Source: a virus (Duplodnaviria > Heunggongvirae > Uroviricota > Caudoviricetes). From it: 64,000 nucleotides of DNA. The position numbers were made by a program, and so were the translations under genes. The stretch lies in IMG/VR virus record IMGVR_UViG_3300035696_000002; one strand, given 5' to 3'. Positions 25,003 to 33,563 of the stretch are shown in pieces; positions within the stretch are counted from its first letter, which is position 1; each line of letters opens with the position of its first letter. The notes under the pieces are model-generated. The model made no database searches and was not told the origin of the DNA. It saw only the letters and a program-made list of their open reading frames with translations.

Positions 25003-25385
25003 GATACAGACCAGTTGAAACCCACCAGATTATCGCCGTGCAGTACAAGAAGGCCAAGGCAGGCACCGAGGCTGTTCAACGAAACGACGGCATTCCCTCC
25101 AGTTATCGCCGTGGCGGCGAACTGTTCGCCCACACTGGCGTGGAGCAACGCTATTTCCAAGTCCGCAGCAAGCTGCTAGGTGACTGCGGGCACAAACACA
25201 AGACCGAACAAGCCGCTGATCCCTGCCTTCGTCGGATGAAGGCTGAGTGGTCTGCCCTTCGCTCTAAACAATCCAAGCGTAACTGGAAAGCTCGTCGGGC
25301 GGCTGGCGTCGCAGTCACCGAACGTCGCAAAGCCCCGCAACAGCCGTATCTGTCCGGCGTTCTTGGGCTGGGGGCAGAACTCTAA
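24999..25385 (+). CDS. hypothetical basic protein
   Basis: Internal ATG of track ORF 24942..25385. Confidence 0.5.
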   Translation: MRYRPVETHQIIAVQYKKAKAGTEAVQRNDGIPSSYRRGGELFAHTGVEQRYFQVRSKLLGDCGHKHKTEQAADPCLRRMKAEWSALRSKQSKRNWKARRAAGVAVTERRKAPQQPYLSGVLGLGAEL

Positions 25386-25681
25386 TGCCCAGCTTACTCA
25401 CAGTCGCCGCCGAATACGACAAGCACGCCAATCGTCTCGTCAATGCTGATTGGACAAAAGGCAAAGATGGCAAGCTGAAACCCACATATCAGCACGCCGT
25501 TGAGTATTATAGAGAGATGGGTGACAAGGTTCGTGCCTTGATTCGTCCTGAGGATACGGAAGAGACCGAGACCCAGTGGCAGCTTGAAGCTGTCCGCACG
25601 GCCCCGGTAGAGGCACCTAAGGTGTCGGCGAAGGATAAAGTCGCCAACCCGAAGGAACTCATAGAGAAAGTGAACGCATGA
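25385..25681 (+). CDS. hypothetical protein
   Basis: Track ORF. Confidence 0.5.
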   Translation: MPSLLTVAAEYDKHANRLVNADWTKGKDGKLKPTYQHAVEYYREMGDKVRALIRPEDTEETETQWQLEAVRTAPVEAPKVSAKDKVANPKELIEKVNA

Positions 25682-25974
25682 TTGATGACTCGCTTGAGTT
25701 GAAGATGAAGGCAGTAGCGGACACGGCAACGCCGATAGTTCAATCCCTGCTCCAACCGCTCATTGGGCAAAAAATCACCGATGGGCTGTTCGCATCAGCA
25801 ACTCAAACGATCACATCGAAGCTGGCTGCCGCTGGCCTTGAAGTTGTCAATAGTGCGTTCGAGCCGATGCCAAACTGCACGGACGTGCTTTTCCGCATTG
25901 ATCTCCGCCTCCCGTCGAACAAATCACTTCCCATTGTGAGCATGACATTTTGGGTTCGTTCTGAGGTACGCTAA
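25678..25974 (+). CDS. hypothetical protein
   Basis: Track ORF. Confidence 0.5.
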   Translation: MIDDSLELKMKAVADTATPIVQSLLQPLIGQKITDGLFASATQTITSKLAAAGLEVVNSAFEPMPNCTDVLFRIDLRLPSNKSLPIVSMTFWVRSEVR

Positions 25975-27233
25975 TGTTTGGACGTGGTAACTGGGCAGTA
26001 TTCGGCGTGACGCCTGAGTCCGTCAAGAACTTCCGCAAGGCCCTCGATGGTATCGGGGACGAAACTGAGACTGACATTCTTCAGGCCCTCGCTCTTCAGA
26101 AAACCAAGAAAGAATCTGTGCCCACGCAGGGCATCAACCCATTTGAGCATCCACGGCTGGATGAGCCCAATGATGGCATCGACCATCCACTCACGTCAGT
26201 GGACTTCGCCCTCGACCGAAACTATCAGACTGGTGACGGCAGCCCTAAGCCAGCCCCCACGCAGTTCGGCATGTGGGTCGTGTTCAACGACTACGAAGAC
26301 GTGACCGACCCGGCGTCCAAGAAGGAAGCCATTGCCTACAAGACGGCTGGCAGGCCCTTCAAGTTCCTGAACAAGGATGAGAAACAGCAGGTTGAATCCG
26401 CTGTGAAGGCCGGGGCCGTTGTCTCGCGTAAACAGGTTCCTGTGCTCATAGACTTCCCCGATGGTCGAGCTTACGCTGCGACCACCAACAAGGACGAGAT
26501 TTTGGCAATCCAAGACGTGCTTGACACACTTGGGGCCGATTGTTTTGCTCTGGCGTGGCAGTTCGGCAGCTTCGATTGGCCGAGCAAGTTCCTGAGCCAC
26601 ATCGCGGAAAACACAAAGTTCTCCGAGGAAATGCGTGAGCGAGCAGAGGAGCTTGCCAAGTCCAAAGACGGCGAAGTGCCAAAGTTGAACGACAAGGTTA
26701 TGGAGTCGATTGTCTCTACGTTCTTTGCCCTTGCTCCGCTGGATACTGGGCTCTGGGGCGGGTTGACTTCCCCCACACGTATTCGCATCTTCGACATGGA
26801 GCCAATTGGTGTATCACAGCCCAGTGCTGCATTCATTCTGCTCGACGAAAAGGATTTGAATTCTTCGGTCGCGGCTGCCTCGGTGATCTTCCAGAACATC
26901 GACAGCAGGATAAACAAAAAGACTGACGAAGAAGTGCAGGTACGCATCAACGTGTTGGCCATGGATGTCAACGACAACCTGAACAACCTTGACGCCGGGG
27001 CCGGACTCTTGAAGGGGTTTGATCTGCCCCAGTTCAAGAAAGAGATCAAGACCGCCGTTAAGGCCGGAACAGTGACCATTGCCGACTATTGGCGGATGTG
27101 GCTCGTTGCTATGCGTGAAGGCGTCTATACCTTCACGGACAACGTTGCTGAAACTTTACAGCTTGATATCAAAAAAGTCGGGCTCCGGGTTTTTGGTGAG
27201 AAGGAAGCCAAGACGGAAAAGGCCACAGTATGA
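25974..27233 (+). CDS. hypothetical protein (419 aa)
   Basis: Track ORF; uniform high GC3. Confidence 0.65.
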   Translation: MFGRGNWAVFGVTPESVKNFRKALDGIGDETETDILQALALQKTKKESVPTQGINPFEHPRLDEPNDGIDHPLTSVDFALDRNYQTGDGSPKPAPTQFGMWVVFNDYEDVTDPASKKEAIAYKTAGRPFKFLNKDEKQQVESAVKAGAVVSRKQVPVLIDFPDGRAYAATTNKDEILAIQDVLDTLGADCFALAWQFGSFDWPSKFLSHIAENTKFSEEMRERAEELAKSKDGEVPKLNDKVMESIVSTFFALAPLDTGLWGGLTSPTRIRIFDMEPIGVSQPSAAFILLDEKDLNSSVAAASVIFQNIDSRINKKTDEEVQVRINVLAMDVNDNLNNLDAGAGLLKGFDLPQFKKEIKTAVKAGTVTIADYWRMWLVAMREGVYTFTDNVAETLQLDIKKVGLRVFGEKEAKTEKATV

Positions 27234-27499
27234 AGTTTGAAGAGGTAACACCAGACAAGCTCCTGAATTTTCTGAAGGCCCACGCTGAGAACCTGTTGAA
27301 GGAACTCGATGGCGTGCGTGACAGATTTTACAACTCAGTCGAAAACGGTAACACCATTGCGGCGGCTGATGATTTCAAGATCATGGTGCAACTGCAACGA
27401 GAACTGGTTGCTGCGGTGACCGAGTACTCAGCGGGCCGCGAATACGTCGCACAGCAAGAGGCATTGGCTGAGGCGATCAAGGATTTGCCCAAGAACTAA
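27230..27499 (+). CDS. hypothetical protein
   Basis: Track ORF. Confidence 0.5.
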   Translation: MKFEEVTPDKLLNFLKAHAENLLKELDGVRDRFYNSVENGNTIAAADDFKIMVQLQRELVAAVTEYSAGREYVAQQEALAEAIKDLPKN

Positions 27500-27795
27500 T
27501 GTTTGGCTGGCTCAAAGACGAATGGTGTTTCTTTTTTCACAGCCGGATTCCGGTTGTGCAGCGGGCTGAGTTTGATGGCAACGGCGGCTTCAGCAGCTAC
27601 ACTAAGTACGTTTGCCCGATATGTGAGCCCGAAGAGTTGCGAGGGGCCTGCTTCACGATGACAGAAGGCGGAGTTTACACCACCCGAGGCAAGATCGACC
27701 CCGGTGGGTTGGAGTACATGCAAAAGATCGAGAAGGAGTACAAAGACGCGGTGCATCGAGATCACGTCAAGCGAGGCATTGTATCTGACGAATAG
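27499..27795 (+). CDS. hypothetical Cys-containing protein
   Basis: Track ORF; CPICEPEELRGAC. Confidence 0.5.
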   Translation: MFGWLKDEWCFFFHSRIPVVQRAEFDGNGGFSSYTKYVCPICEPEELRGACFTMTEGGVYTTRGKIDPGGLEYMQKIEKEYKDAVHRDHVKRGIVSDE

Positions 27796-27797
27796 TA

Positions 27798-28163
27798 GTG
27801 TGGCCTTTCAAGCCTTTCAAACCGCATCCGAATCTCAGGAGTGAGATCAACAATGCGATTATGGAGAGCGAGCTTGCTGGCGGGGCGTACCTCAGCAGGC
27901 TGGCGGTGGGCAGAAAACTGCTCGTACAAACACGCAATACCCTGTACAGTATCGAACGCCGGGCGGACGGCCTGTACATCTCAGGAAACGCCAAATTCTG
28001 CCCAAAACCAGTGAAGTGCAAAATTCCCGGTTCCAACTTCGGAGGTAGCATGCTGAAGATGGACTTTGTGGGTCGTGGCCTGTACATGGAATTCACCACG
28101 GAAGACCACCCCACGGTTATCTGCACATCGCAAATTCAAGAAATCACAGAGGTTAACTTATGA
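27798..28163 (+). CDS. hypothetical protein
   Basis: Track ORF. Confidence 0.5.
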   Translation: MWPFKPFKPHPNLRSEINNAIMESELAGGAYLSRLAVGRKLLVQTRNTLYSIERRADGLYISGNAKFCPKPVKCKIPGSNFGGSMLKMDFVGRGLYMEFTTEDHPTVICTSQIQEITEVNL

Positions 28164-28936
28164 AGAAGGGTTTTACACGAATCAGAGTATTGGTGGATCG
28201 TTCGGGCTCCATGAAGAGGATCGCAGCGGCCACTGTTTCAGGCATCAATGAATTCATCACGGCACAGAAGGCTCAGCCGGGTGACGCTGAATTGGACGTA
28301 ATCCAGTTCGACGAAGACGGAGGAAAGCTGACCTACGAAACGATTCTCAAGGGCAACCTGAAGAGCATCGCGACGATCACAGACGAACAGTTCGACCCAC
28401 GCGGTATGACGCCGCTGCACGACGCCATGGGCCGCACGATCAACGAACTTGGAGCCGAGCTTGCCGCTCTGCCTGAGTCCGAACGCCCGGAGAAGGTCAT
28501 TGTGACCTTCGTTACGGACGGTCTTGAGAACGCCAGCAAGGAATTCAAGGCTGACCAGATCAAGGCAATGGTTGAGCACCAGACAAGCAAGTACAACTGG
28601 AGCTTTTCCTACGTCGGGGCCAATCAGGATGCTGTCCTCGTCGGCCAAGAACTGGGCTTCTCTCCGCTGCGTTGCATGTCGTTCACATCCGACTCAGTGC
28701 ACACGAAGAGTGCTTTCTCCGCCGTTGCGGCCTATGCCAGCAGCGTGCGTAGTGCAGACCTCCACGATGTGCAGAAGATGGGCTACACCGATGCAGATCG
28801 TGCGTCCAGCTTGGACGAAAACGATCCGGTCGCACAGGGCGTGAGCAGCAATAACGCAACCAAAATCCCGTTCGTGCCTAAGAGTCGCGGGCCGATCAAG
28901 ACGGGCATTCCATTCGTTCCAAAGGACAACCAATAA
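28160..28936 (+). CDS. von Willebrand factor A (vWA) domain protein
   Basis: MIDAS-like DRSGSM near the N-terminus; a later TFVTDGLEN segment follows in the usual vWA order. Confidence 0.6.
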   Translation: MKKGFTRIRVLVDRSGSMKRIAAATVSGINEFITAQKAQPGDAELDVIQFDEDGGKLTYETILKGNLKSIATITDEQFDPRGMTPLHDAMGRTINELGAELAALPESERPEKVIVTFVTDGLENASKEFKADQIKAMVEHQTSKYNWSFSYVGANQDAVLVGQELGFSPLRCMSFTSDSVHTKSAFSAVAAYASSVRSADLHDVQKMGYTDADRASSLDENDPVAQGVSSNNATKIPFVPKSRGPIKTGIPFVPKDNQ

Positions 28937-28937
28937 C

Positions 28938-29387
28938 ATGTTCCCGCTTCTCGACGTTGACACCATCGTTATGAAAGACACAGCGACCGTTCTGTTGGGT
29001 CGTTCAAACCGAGGAATCACTGCCGGGAAGTGGGTCATTCCGGGCGGGCAGATCGGCGGCTTCGAGTCCATCAAGGACGCCTCTGCCCGTACCATTTTGC
29101 AGAAGACGGGCGTGGTCATCAAAGAGCAACGTCTGCTCTTCGTTTCAGAAACAGTCAACAAGGAAGGCAACGATCACCGTGTCATCCTGTACTGCCTCGG
29201 CAACTATTCAGGCGGTATGCTCACAGCAGGTGAAGGCCTCTCCGAAGTCCGATGGGTTGACGTGCGTGACCTCGGCAATTATCAAGATGAAGGCATGGGC
29301 GAGATGTCGGTCAGTGCTTTCGCCAAGTTCGCGGAGTGGGTTCGTGCAATGGCTCCTTCCATGGCACGCTCTGGTACGATCAACTAA
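28938..29387 (+). CDS. NUDIX-family hydrolase (divergent Nudix box)
   Basis: GKWVIPGGQIGGFESIKDASARTILQKTG resembles GX5EX7REUXEEXGU with substitutions. Confidence 0.5.
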   Translation: MFPLLDVDTIVMKDTATVLLGRSNRGITAGKWVIPGGQIGGFESIKDASARTILQKTGVVIKEQRLLFVSETVNKEGNDHRVILYCLGNYSGGMLTAGEGLSEVRWVDVRDLGNYQDEGMGEMSVSAFAKFAEWVRAMAPSMARSGTIN

Positions 29388-29404
29388 TCACACGGAGAAA
29401 TAGT

Positions 29405-29878
29405 ATGAGTCGTGAAGTTCGCAGGGTTCCCCCTAACTGGGAACACCCGAAAGAGGAGAAGTACGATTTCTTTCGGCGGACAACTGAGGAACGATATAAG
29501 CCACTGCATGACGGCTACAAAAGGGCTCTGGCTGATTTTGCCGAAAAGATTAAGACTGACGGCCTTGAAGAAGCGATTGACTGGTACGGCGGCGGGCCGA
29601 AAAAGGAAGACTACATGCCGGACTGGCCAGCCGGGGAGCGTACCCATTACCAGATGTATGAGACATGCTCCGAGGGAACACCGATCAGCCCAGTATTCGC
29701 GACCCCCGAAGCGTTAGCCCACTGGCTGGCTGATACTGGGGCCTCATCCTTTGCCGATAGAACGGCGACGTATGAGCAATGGCTTCGCGTGTGCAAGGGC
29801 GGCTGGGCCGTTTCCGCAGTTATGGTGCCCGGCAAAGGAATCGTCTCTGGCGTCGAAGGTCTCTCAGATACCGAATAA
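29405..29878 (+). CDS. hypothetical protein
   Basis: Internal ATG of track ORF 29336..29878. Confidence 0.55.
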   Translation: MSREVRRVPPNWEHPKEEKYDFFRRTTEERYKPLHDGYKRALADFAEKIKTDGLEEAIDWYGGGPKKEDYMPDWPAGERTHYQMYETCSEGTPISPVFATPEALAHWLADTGASSFADRTATYEQWLRVCKGGWAVSAVMVPGKGIVSGVEGLSDTE

Positions 29879-29879
29879 T

Positions 29880-29888
29880 CCAGTATTA
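29880..29888 (+). promoter_or_regulatory. conserved motif CCAGTATTA, 8 nt before ATG 29896
   Basis: taaTCCAGTATTAAcc, immediately after the upstream stop. Confidence 0.4.
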
Positions 29889-29895
29889 ACCTTGC

Positions 29896-30180
29896 ATGAA
29901 GGTACCCAAGAACCCCTACGCCCGGTTTGCGTTCTTCTACGCATCTGAGCTATTCTCGTTTTTCTTCATCGCCTCAAACTTCCGTGCACTGGCGAAGGGC
30001 CTGTACTTTTGGACAGCCGTCACGGACATGACCTTGGTATTCCAAGGCATGCTCATCACGAAGCTCATGATCGAAGACGAGAAGTCACGGGACTGGGTTT
30101 CTATCATTGCCTTCACTGTCGGCGGGGCCTGCGGGTCTCTGTTATCAATCTGGGTGACAAAGCACCTGTTCGGGAGTTAA
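29896..30180 (+). CDS. membrane protein (3 TM)
   Basis: Track ORF. Confidence 0.5.
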   Translation: MKVPKNPYARFAFFYASELFSFFFIASNFRALAKGLYFWTAVTDMTLVFQGMLITKLMIEDEKSRDWVSIIAFTVGGACGSLLSIWVTKHLFGS

Positions 30181-30190
30181 GATAGGTCTA

Positions 30191-31255
30191 ATGAGTCTTG
30201 TTTCCCAACGTCCGTGTAACTGGTCTGAGATCGTCGGTCAGAACCGAGCCATCGAGATCATCAAGGCAGCCATCTCCCACCCCGAATTTCTCAATCGTGG
30301 ATTCATTCTCAAAGGCCCCACAGGCGTGGGCAAGACCATCACCGCAATCGTCATGGCCCGTGCCCTGATGTGCACCGGAGGCGATCCGTTGGGTTGCGGC
30401 ACATGCGACTCCTGTAATCTCCGAACCCACAACTTGCTTGAAGTGGATGGTGCTCAGTATGGCGGGCACAGCCGGGTAAAGGAACTGATCGACTTCGCTG
30501 CGGTTGCCCCAATAGACAGTAAGCGGCGTGTGGTGATTGTGAATGCCGCACACCTACTCACGAAGGATGCTTGGTCAGTCTTTCAGCGGCCTCTTGAAGC
30601 ACCAGCCAACGCTTCTGTATTCATCTTCGTTTCAAGTCAGGGGGATGAGATCGAGCACTCGATTCGTTCCCGCTGTTGCGTTGTCGAATTCCATCCGGTA
30701 GCCGCTGACAAGATGCTGGGTACCCTGTCAAATCTGGCATCGAACAACAACATCACGTACAAGCTGGAAGCCTTACAGTACATCGCCCACGCAGCGAAGG
30801 GGATTGTTCGTGACGCTGTCCAATGGCTCGATACAGCCGCCACGCTGGGGGAAGTGACAGTTGAGAACGTTCGAGGTGTGGTGGACAATTCACTGGAAGA
30901 TTTGTGCAAAAAATTTCTACTGTCCGTTGCGTCCCGCGATATGACTCTGTCTGTAAAATTAGCAGATGAAATTGGAATCAAGACCACGCCGGGGAAGGCC
31001 ATCGAAATGATGCTCTCGGTTTATGGTAGGTCGGTGTTTGGTGGGGAAGAACTGCGAAACATTTACCTCGGCCTGCCCGCCGTTGGGGACGTGACCAACA
31101 TCCTCATCAAGTGGAGCCACGCACCACACGGATTGCCTTCGGATGCTCTTCCGCTGCTCGCATTCGAGCTTTTGACCACCAAGAAGGGTGCGATCCCCAA
31201 GCCAGCCCCGGCCCCTGTTCCTGAGGCCAAAGCAGCCTCCGTACTGGACGACTAA
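30191..31255 (+). CDS. DnaX-like (DNA pol III tau/gamma-like) AAA+ clamp-loader subunit with a zinc module
   Basis: Walker A GPTGVGKT, then CTGGDPLGCGTCDSC (zinc module as in DnaX); the Walker B position reads VVIVNAAHLL, not hhhDEXH. Confidence 0.6.
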   Translation: MSLVSQRPCNWSEIVGQNRAIEIIKAAISHPEFLNRGFILKGPTGVGKTITAIVMARALMCTGGDPLGCGTCDSCNLRTHNLLEVDGAQYGGHSRVKELIDFAAVAPIDSKRRVVIVNAAHLLTKDAWSVFQRPLEAPANASVFIFVSSQGDEIEHSIRSRCCVVEFHPVAADKMLGTLSNLASNNNITYKLEALQYIAHAAKGIVRDAVQWLDTAATLGEVTVENVRGVVDNSLEDLCKKFLLSVASRDMTLSVKLADEIGIKTTPGKAIEMMLSVYGRSVFGGEELRNIYLGLPAVGDVTNILIKWSHAPHGLPSDALPLLAFELLTTKKGAIPKPAPAPVPEAKAASVLDD

Positions 31256-32155
31256 ATGGATTTGATTGTCGAGACAGATATCGGGCGAGACCCGGACGAT
31301 TTCTTTGCCATCTGCTACCTCGTAGCTGCTGGCATCAACATTCGAGCCATCACCATTTCACCGGGCGATCAGGATCAGGTTGCTGTCGCCAAGTTTCTCT
31401 GCACTCAGTTGGGCCTGAACATCCCAGTGGGCGTGGCCGATGTCAACCGTCAGAAATCGAGTGTAGGTGGAATGCACACCGCCATGCTCAAAAAATACGG
31501 CTTCACCTTACGGCATCCATCAGATGGGCAGGGCTGGGCAGTTATCCGGGATACGATGGAGAGCTACCCGGATAGCGAATTGTTCATCATCGGGCCTCCG
31601 CAGAGTGTTGGTGCATATCTGGAAGGGCCGTGGGTAGTGCACCGTCCGTTCTACCAGATTTGGATGCAAGGTGGTTTCGTGGGCTATGATGTCCATCAAC
31701 ACCCAGTGAAAGTCAGGCTGCCCAAGTTCGAAGGCAAACGCAGTGTAGGCACGTTCAACATGAACGGTGATGTAGTCGGCACGCAGCGTATTCTTGCTTT
31801 GCCCGGCGTTGCCCGCCACTTCATTGGGAAGAATGTGTGCCACACGATTGAGTATGACCGAGCCCGGCACGCCAAGGTGACAGCAGTGCCGCCGCAAAAT
31901 CGGGCCATGGAACTTCTGCACGAAGGCATGACGATGTATTTGGCGAAGCATGACAAGAAATTGTTCCACGATCCCGCAGCCGCCGTCTGTATGCTGCACC
32001 CGGAGATCGGGACGTGGATCAATGGAACACTGTTTCGTGAGGGCTCCGGCTGGGGTACCGAATACGTTCCGCCACGGACGCCGGGGAAGACCGACCAAAT
32101 GCTCGTGGACATCGACTATGATAGACTATGGCAGCATGTAACTGAGGGATCATGA
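31256..32155 (+). CDS. inosine-uridine-preferring nucleoside hydrolase (IU-NH) family protein
   Basis: N-terminal ETDIGRDPDD matches the IU-NH DxDxxxDD motif. Confidence 0.6.
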   Translation: MDLIVETDIGRDPDDFFAICYLVAAGINIRAITISPGDQDQVAVAKFLCTQLGLNIPVGVADVNRQKSSVGGMHTAMLKKYGFTLRHPSDGQGWAVIRDTMESYPDSELFIIGPPQSVGAYLEGPWVVHRPFYQIWMQGGFVGYDVHQHPVKVRLPKFEGKRSVGTFNMNGDVVGTQRILALPGVARHFIGKNVCHTIEYDRARHAKVTAVPPQNRAMELLHEGMTMYLAKHDKKLFHDPAAAVCMLHPEIGTWINGTLFREGSGWGTEYVPPRTPGKTDQMLVDIDYDRLWQHVTEGS

Positions 32156-32985
32156 GACACAGCGACCTGTTCGATTTCATCAAAGAACGTCATGCGATCT
32201 ATACCCGGCGTCAGCAGGGCATCAAGAAGCCATGGACGTATGACCACATCCTTCAGAATTACCGTTTCTGCAACGTGTATCGCGAACTCGATACTGTGAC
32301 GCAGTGGATCGCTAAGAACTGGCGTGATCCGAACACCAACGATAACAACGTGTGGTTCGCCATGGCAGTCGCCCGTCTCGTCAATTGGCCGGACACCATG
32401 GAAGCTCTTGGCTATCCCGTGCCGTGGAATCCGAAACATTTCATAACAACATTGGCAGGCTTGAAGATGGCAGGAGCAAAAGTCTTCACGGGGGCCTACA
32501 TGATTCCTGCCGATGCAAGATACACATCAAAGGCGGAGTCCATCGCTACCGCAGTGCTCACCCCGATGTGGGAGAAACGGAATTACATCTACGAGGCGAC
32601 TGACTGTCTCGCCCACTTCCATCACCGCTTGATGAAGTTCAACGGTATGGGCAGTTTCCTTGCCGGGCAGGTCGTATGCGATGCCAAGTACACGACGCTG
32701 CTTAGAGACGCCTCGGACTGGGAGACGTGGGCGTGTTCCGGCCCCGGCAGCCGTCGCGGACTCAATCGAGTCGCGGGTCGCCCGGTCAACGCACCATGGA
32801 AAGAGAGTGACTGGTTTAAGACCCTGACGGAACTCAAGCAGGTCATCGACATTCTGGTTGTGGACGCAAACATGCCAGCCATTCATGCACAGGATTTGCA
32901 GAACTGCCTGTGTGAATTCGACAAGTACGAACGAGTCAGATTAGGAGAAGGGAAGCCTCGCAGCAGGTACCCCGGAAAGCCATGA
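32152..32985 (+). CDS. hypothetical enzyme-like protein (277 aa), ATGA-coupled to the nucleoside hydrolase
   Basis: Track ORF; conserved-looking YRFCNVYRELD and W/H/D-rich segments; family not recognised. Confidence 0.55.
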   Translation: MRHSDLFDFIKERHAIYTRRQQGIKKPWTYDHILQNYRFCNVYRELDTVTQWIAKNWRDPNTNDNNVWFAMAVARLVNWPDTMEALGYPVPWNPKHFITTLAGLKMAGAKVFTGAYMIPADARYTSKAESIATAVLTPMWEKRNYIYEATDCLAHFHHRLMKFNGMGSFLAGQVVCDAKYTTLLRDASDWETWACSGPGSRRGLNRVAGRPVNAPWKESDWFKTLTELKQVIDILVVDANMPAIHAQDLQNCLCEFDKYERVRLGEGKPRSRYPGKP

Positions 32986-33218
32986 TGAAGGCCACAGACC
33001 GCAAAATTTCGCAGCTACGCCTTGTGATGATTTACCTTGCACAGGAGGGCATCAAAGAGTTCCCGGAAGATGTACGAGTCCTCGCCGATGCCAAATCGCT
33101 GGACGATTTGACTGAACAAGAGGCGGAGACGATCATTCAATCGTGCTACCGCAAGCTACGGCAGCATCTTGGCCTACCCGAGCCGCCCCCTGATCCCCAG
33201 CTTCCGCTTGCAGTTTAA
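32982..33218 (+). CDS. hypothetical protein
   Basis: Track ORF. Confidence 0.5.
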   Translation: MMKATDRKISQLRLVMIYLAQEGIKEFPEDVRVLADAKSLDDLTEQEAETIIQSCYRKLRQHLGLPEPPPDPQLPLAV

Positions 33219-33344
33219 GTACTCCTGCACGTAGCCCTTGTAGTGCACCAGCGACCGAGCGGTGCCCCACTTCCGCTTGCAGCCGAGGATGTATCGGCGA
33301 TAGCACACCATCACGTGTCTCGCTTGTTCTAGCGGGTCTCTCAT
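33174..33344 (-). CDS. small basic protein (56 aa), divergently transcribed; candidate regulator
   Basis: Internal ATG (MRDPLEQARHVMVCYRRYILGCKRKWG...) of track ORF 33174..33455 (-); GC3 is high only downstream of this ATG. Confidence 0.4.
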   Translation of the reverse strand: MRDPLEQARHVMVCYRRYILGCKRKWGTARSLVHYKGYVQEYLNCKRKLGIRGRLG

Positions 33345-33509
33345 TTCTTCCCCTTGTTCCAGTATGGAGTTTTGCATCCGGCACAACGGACGGGGGTGAG
33401 TGTTTGCCAAACCCCGTCCACGAGGTTCAAGTCGGGGCACCATGTGTGCCCGCACCGATCACAGGTGCATTCCTTGGCCTCGACGGCTATGGTTCTGATC
33501 GCCATTTTG

Positions 33510-33531
33510 AACTTAAGTGTACACTCAAGTT
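33510..33531. promoter_or_regulatory. imperfect 22-bp palindrome aacttaagtGTACACtcaagtt (operator-like) in the divergent intergenic region
   Basis: Seen directly; ACTTAAGT and GTGTACAC are each perfect palindromes; the region is AT-enriched. Confidence 0.45.
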
Positions 33532-33548
33532 ACAGTTTTGTCAAAATC

Positions 33549-33557
33549 CCAGTATTA
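33549..33557 (+). promoter_or_regulatory. conserved motif CCAGTATTA, 7 nt before ATG 33564
   Basis: aaaatcCCAGTATTAcat; a possible -35 element (ttacag) lies 17 nt upstream of TATTAC. Confidence 0.4.
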
Positions 33558-33563
33558 CATAGC

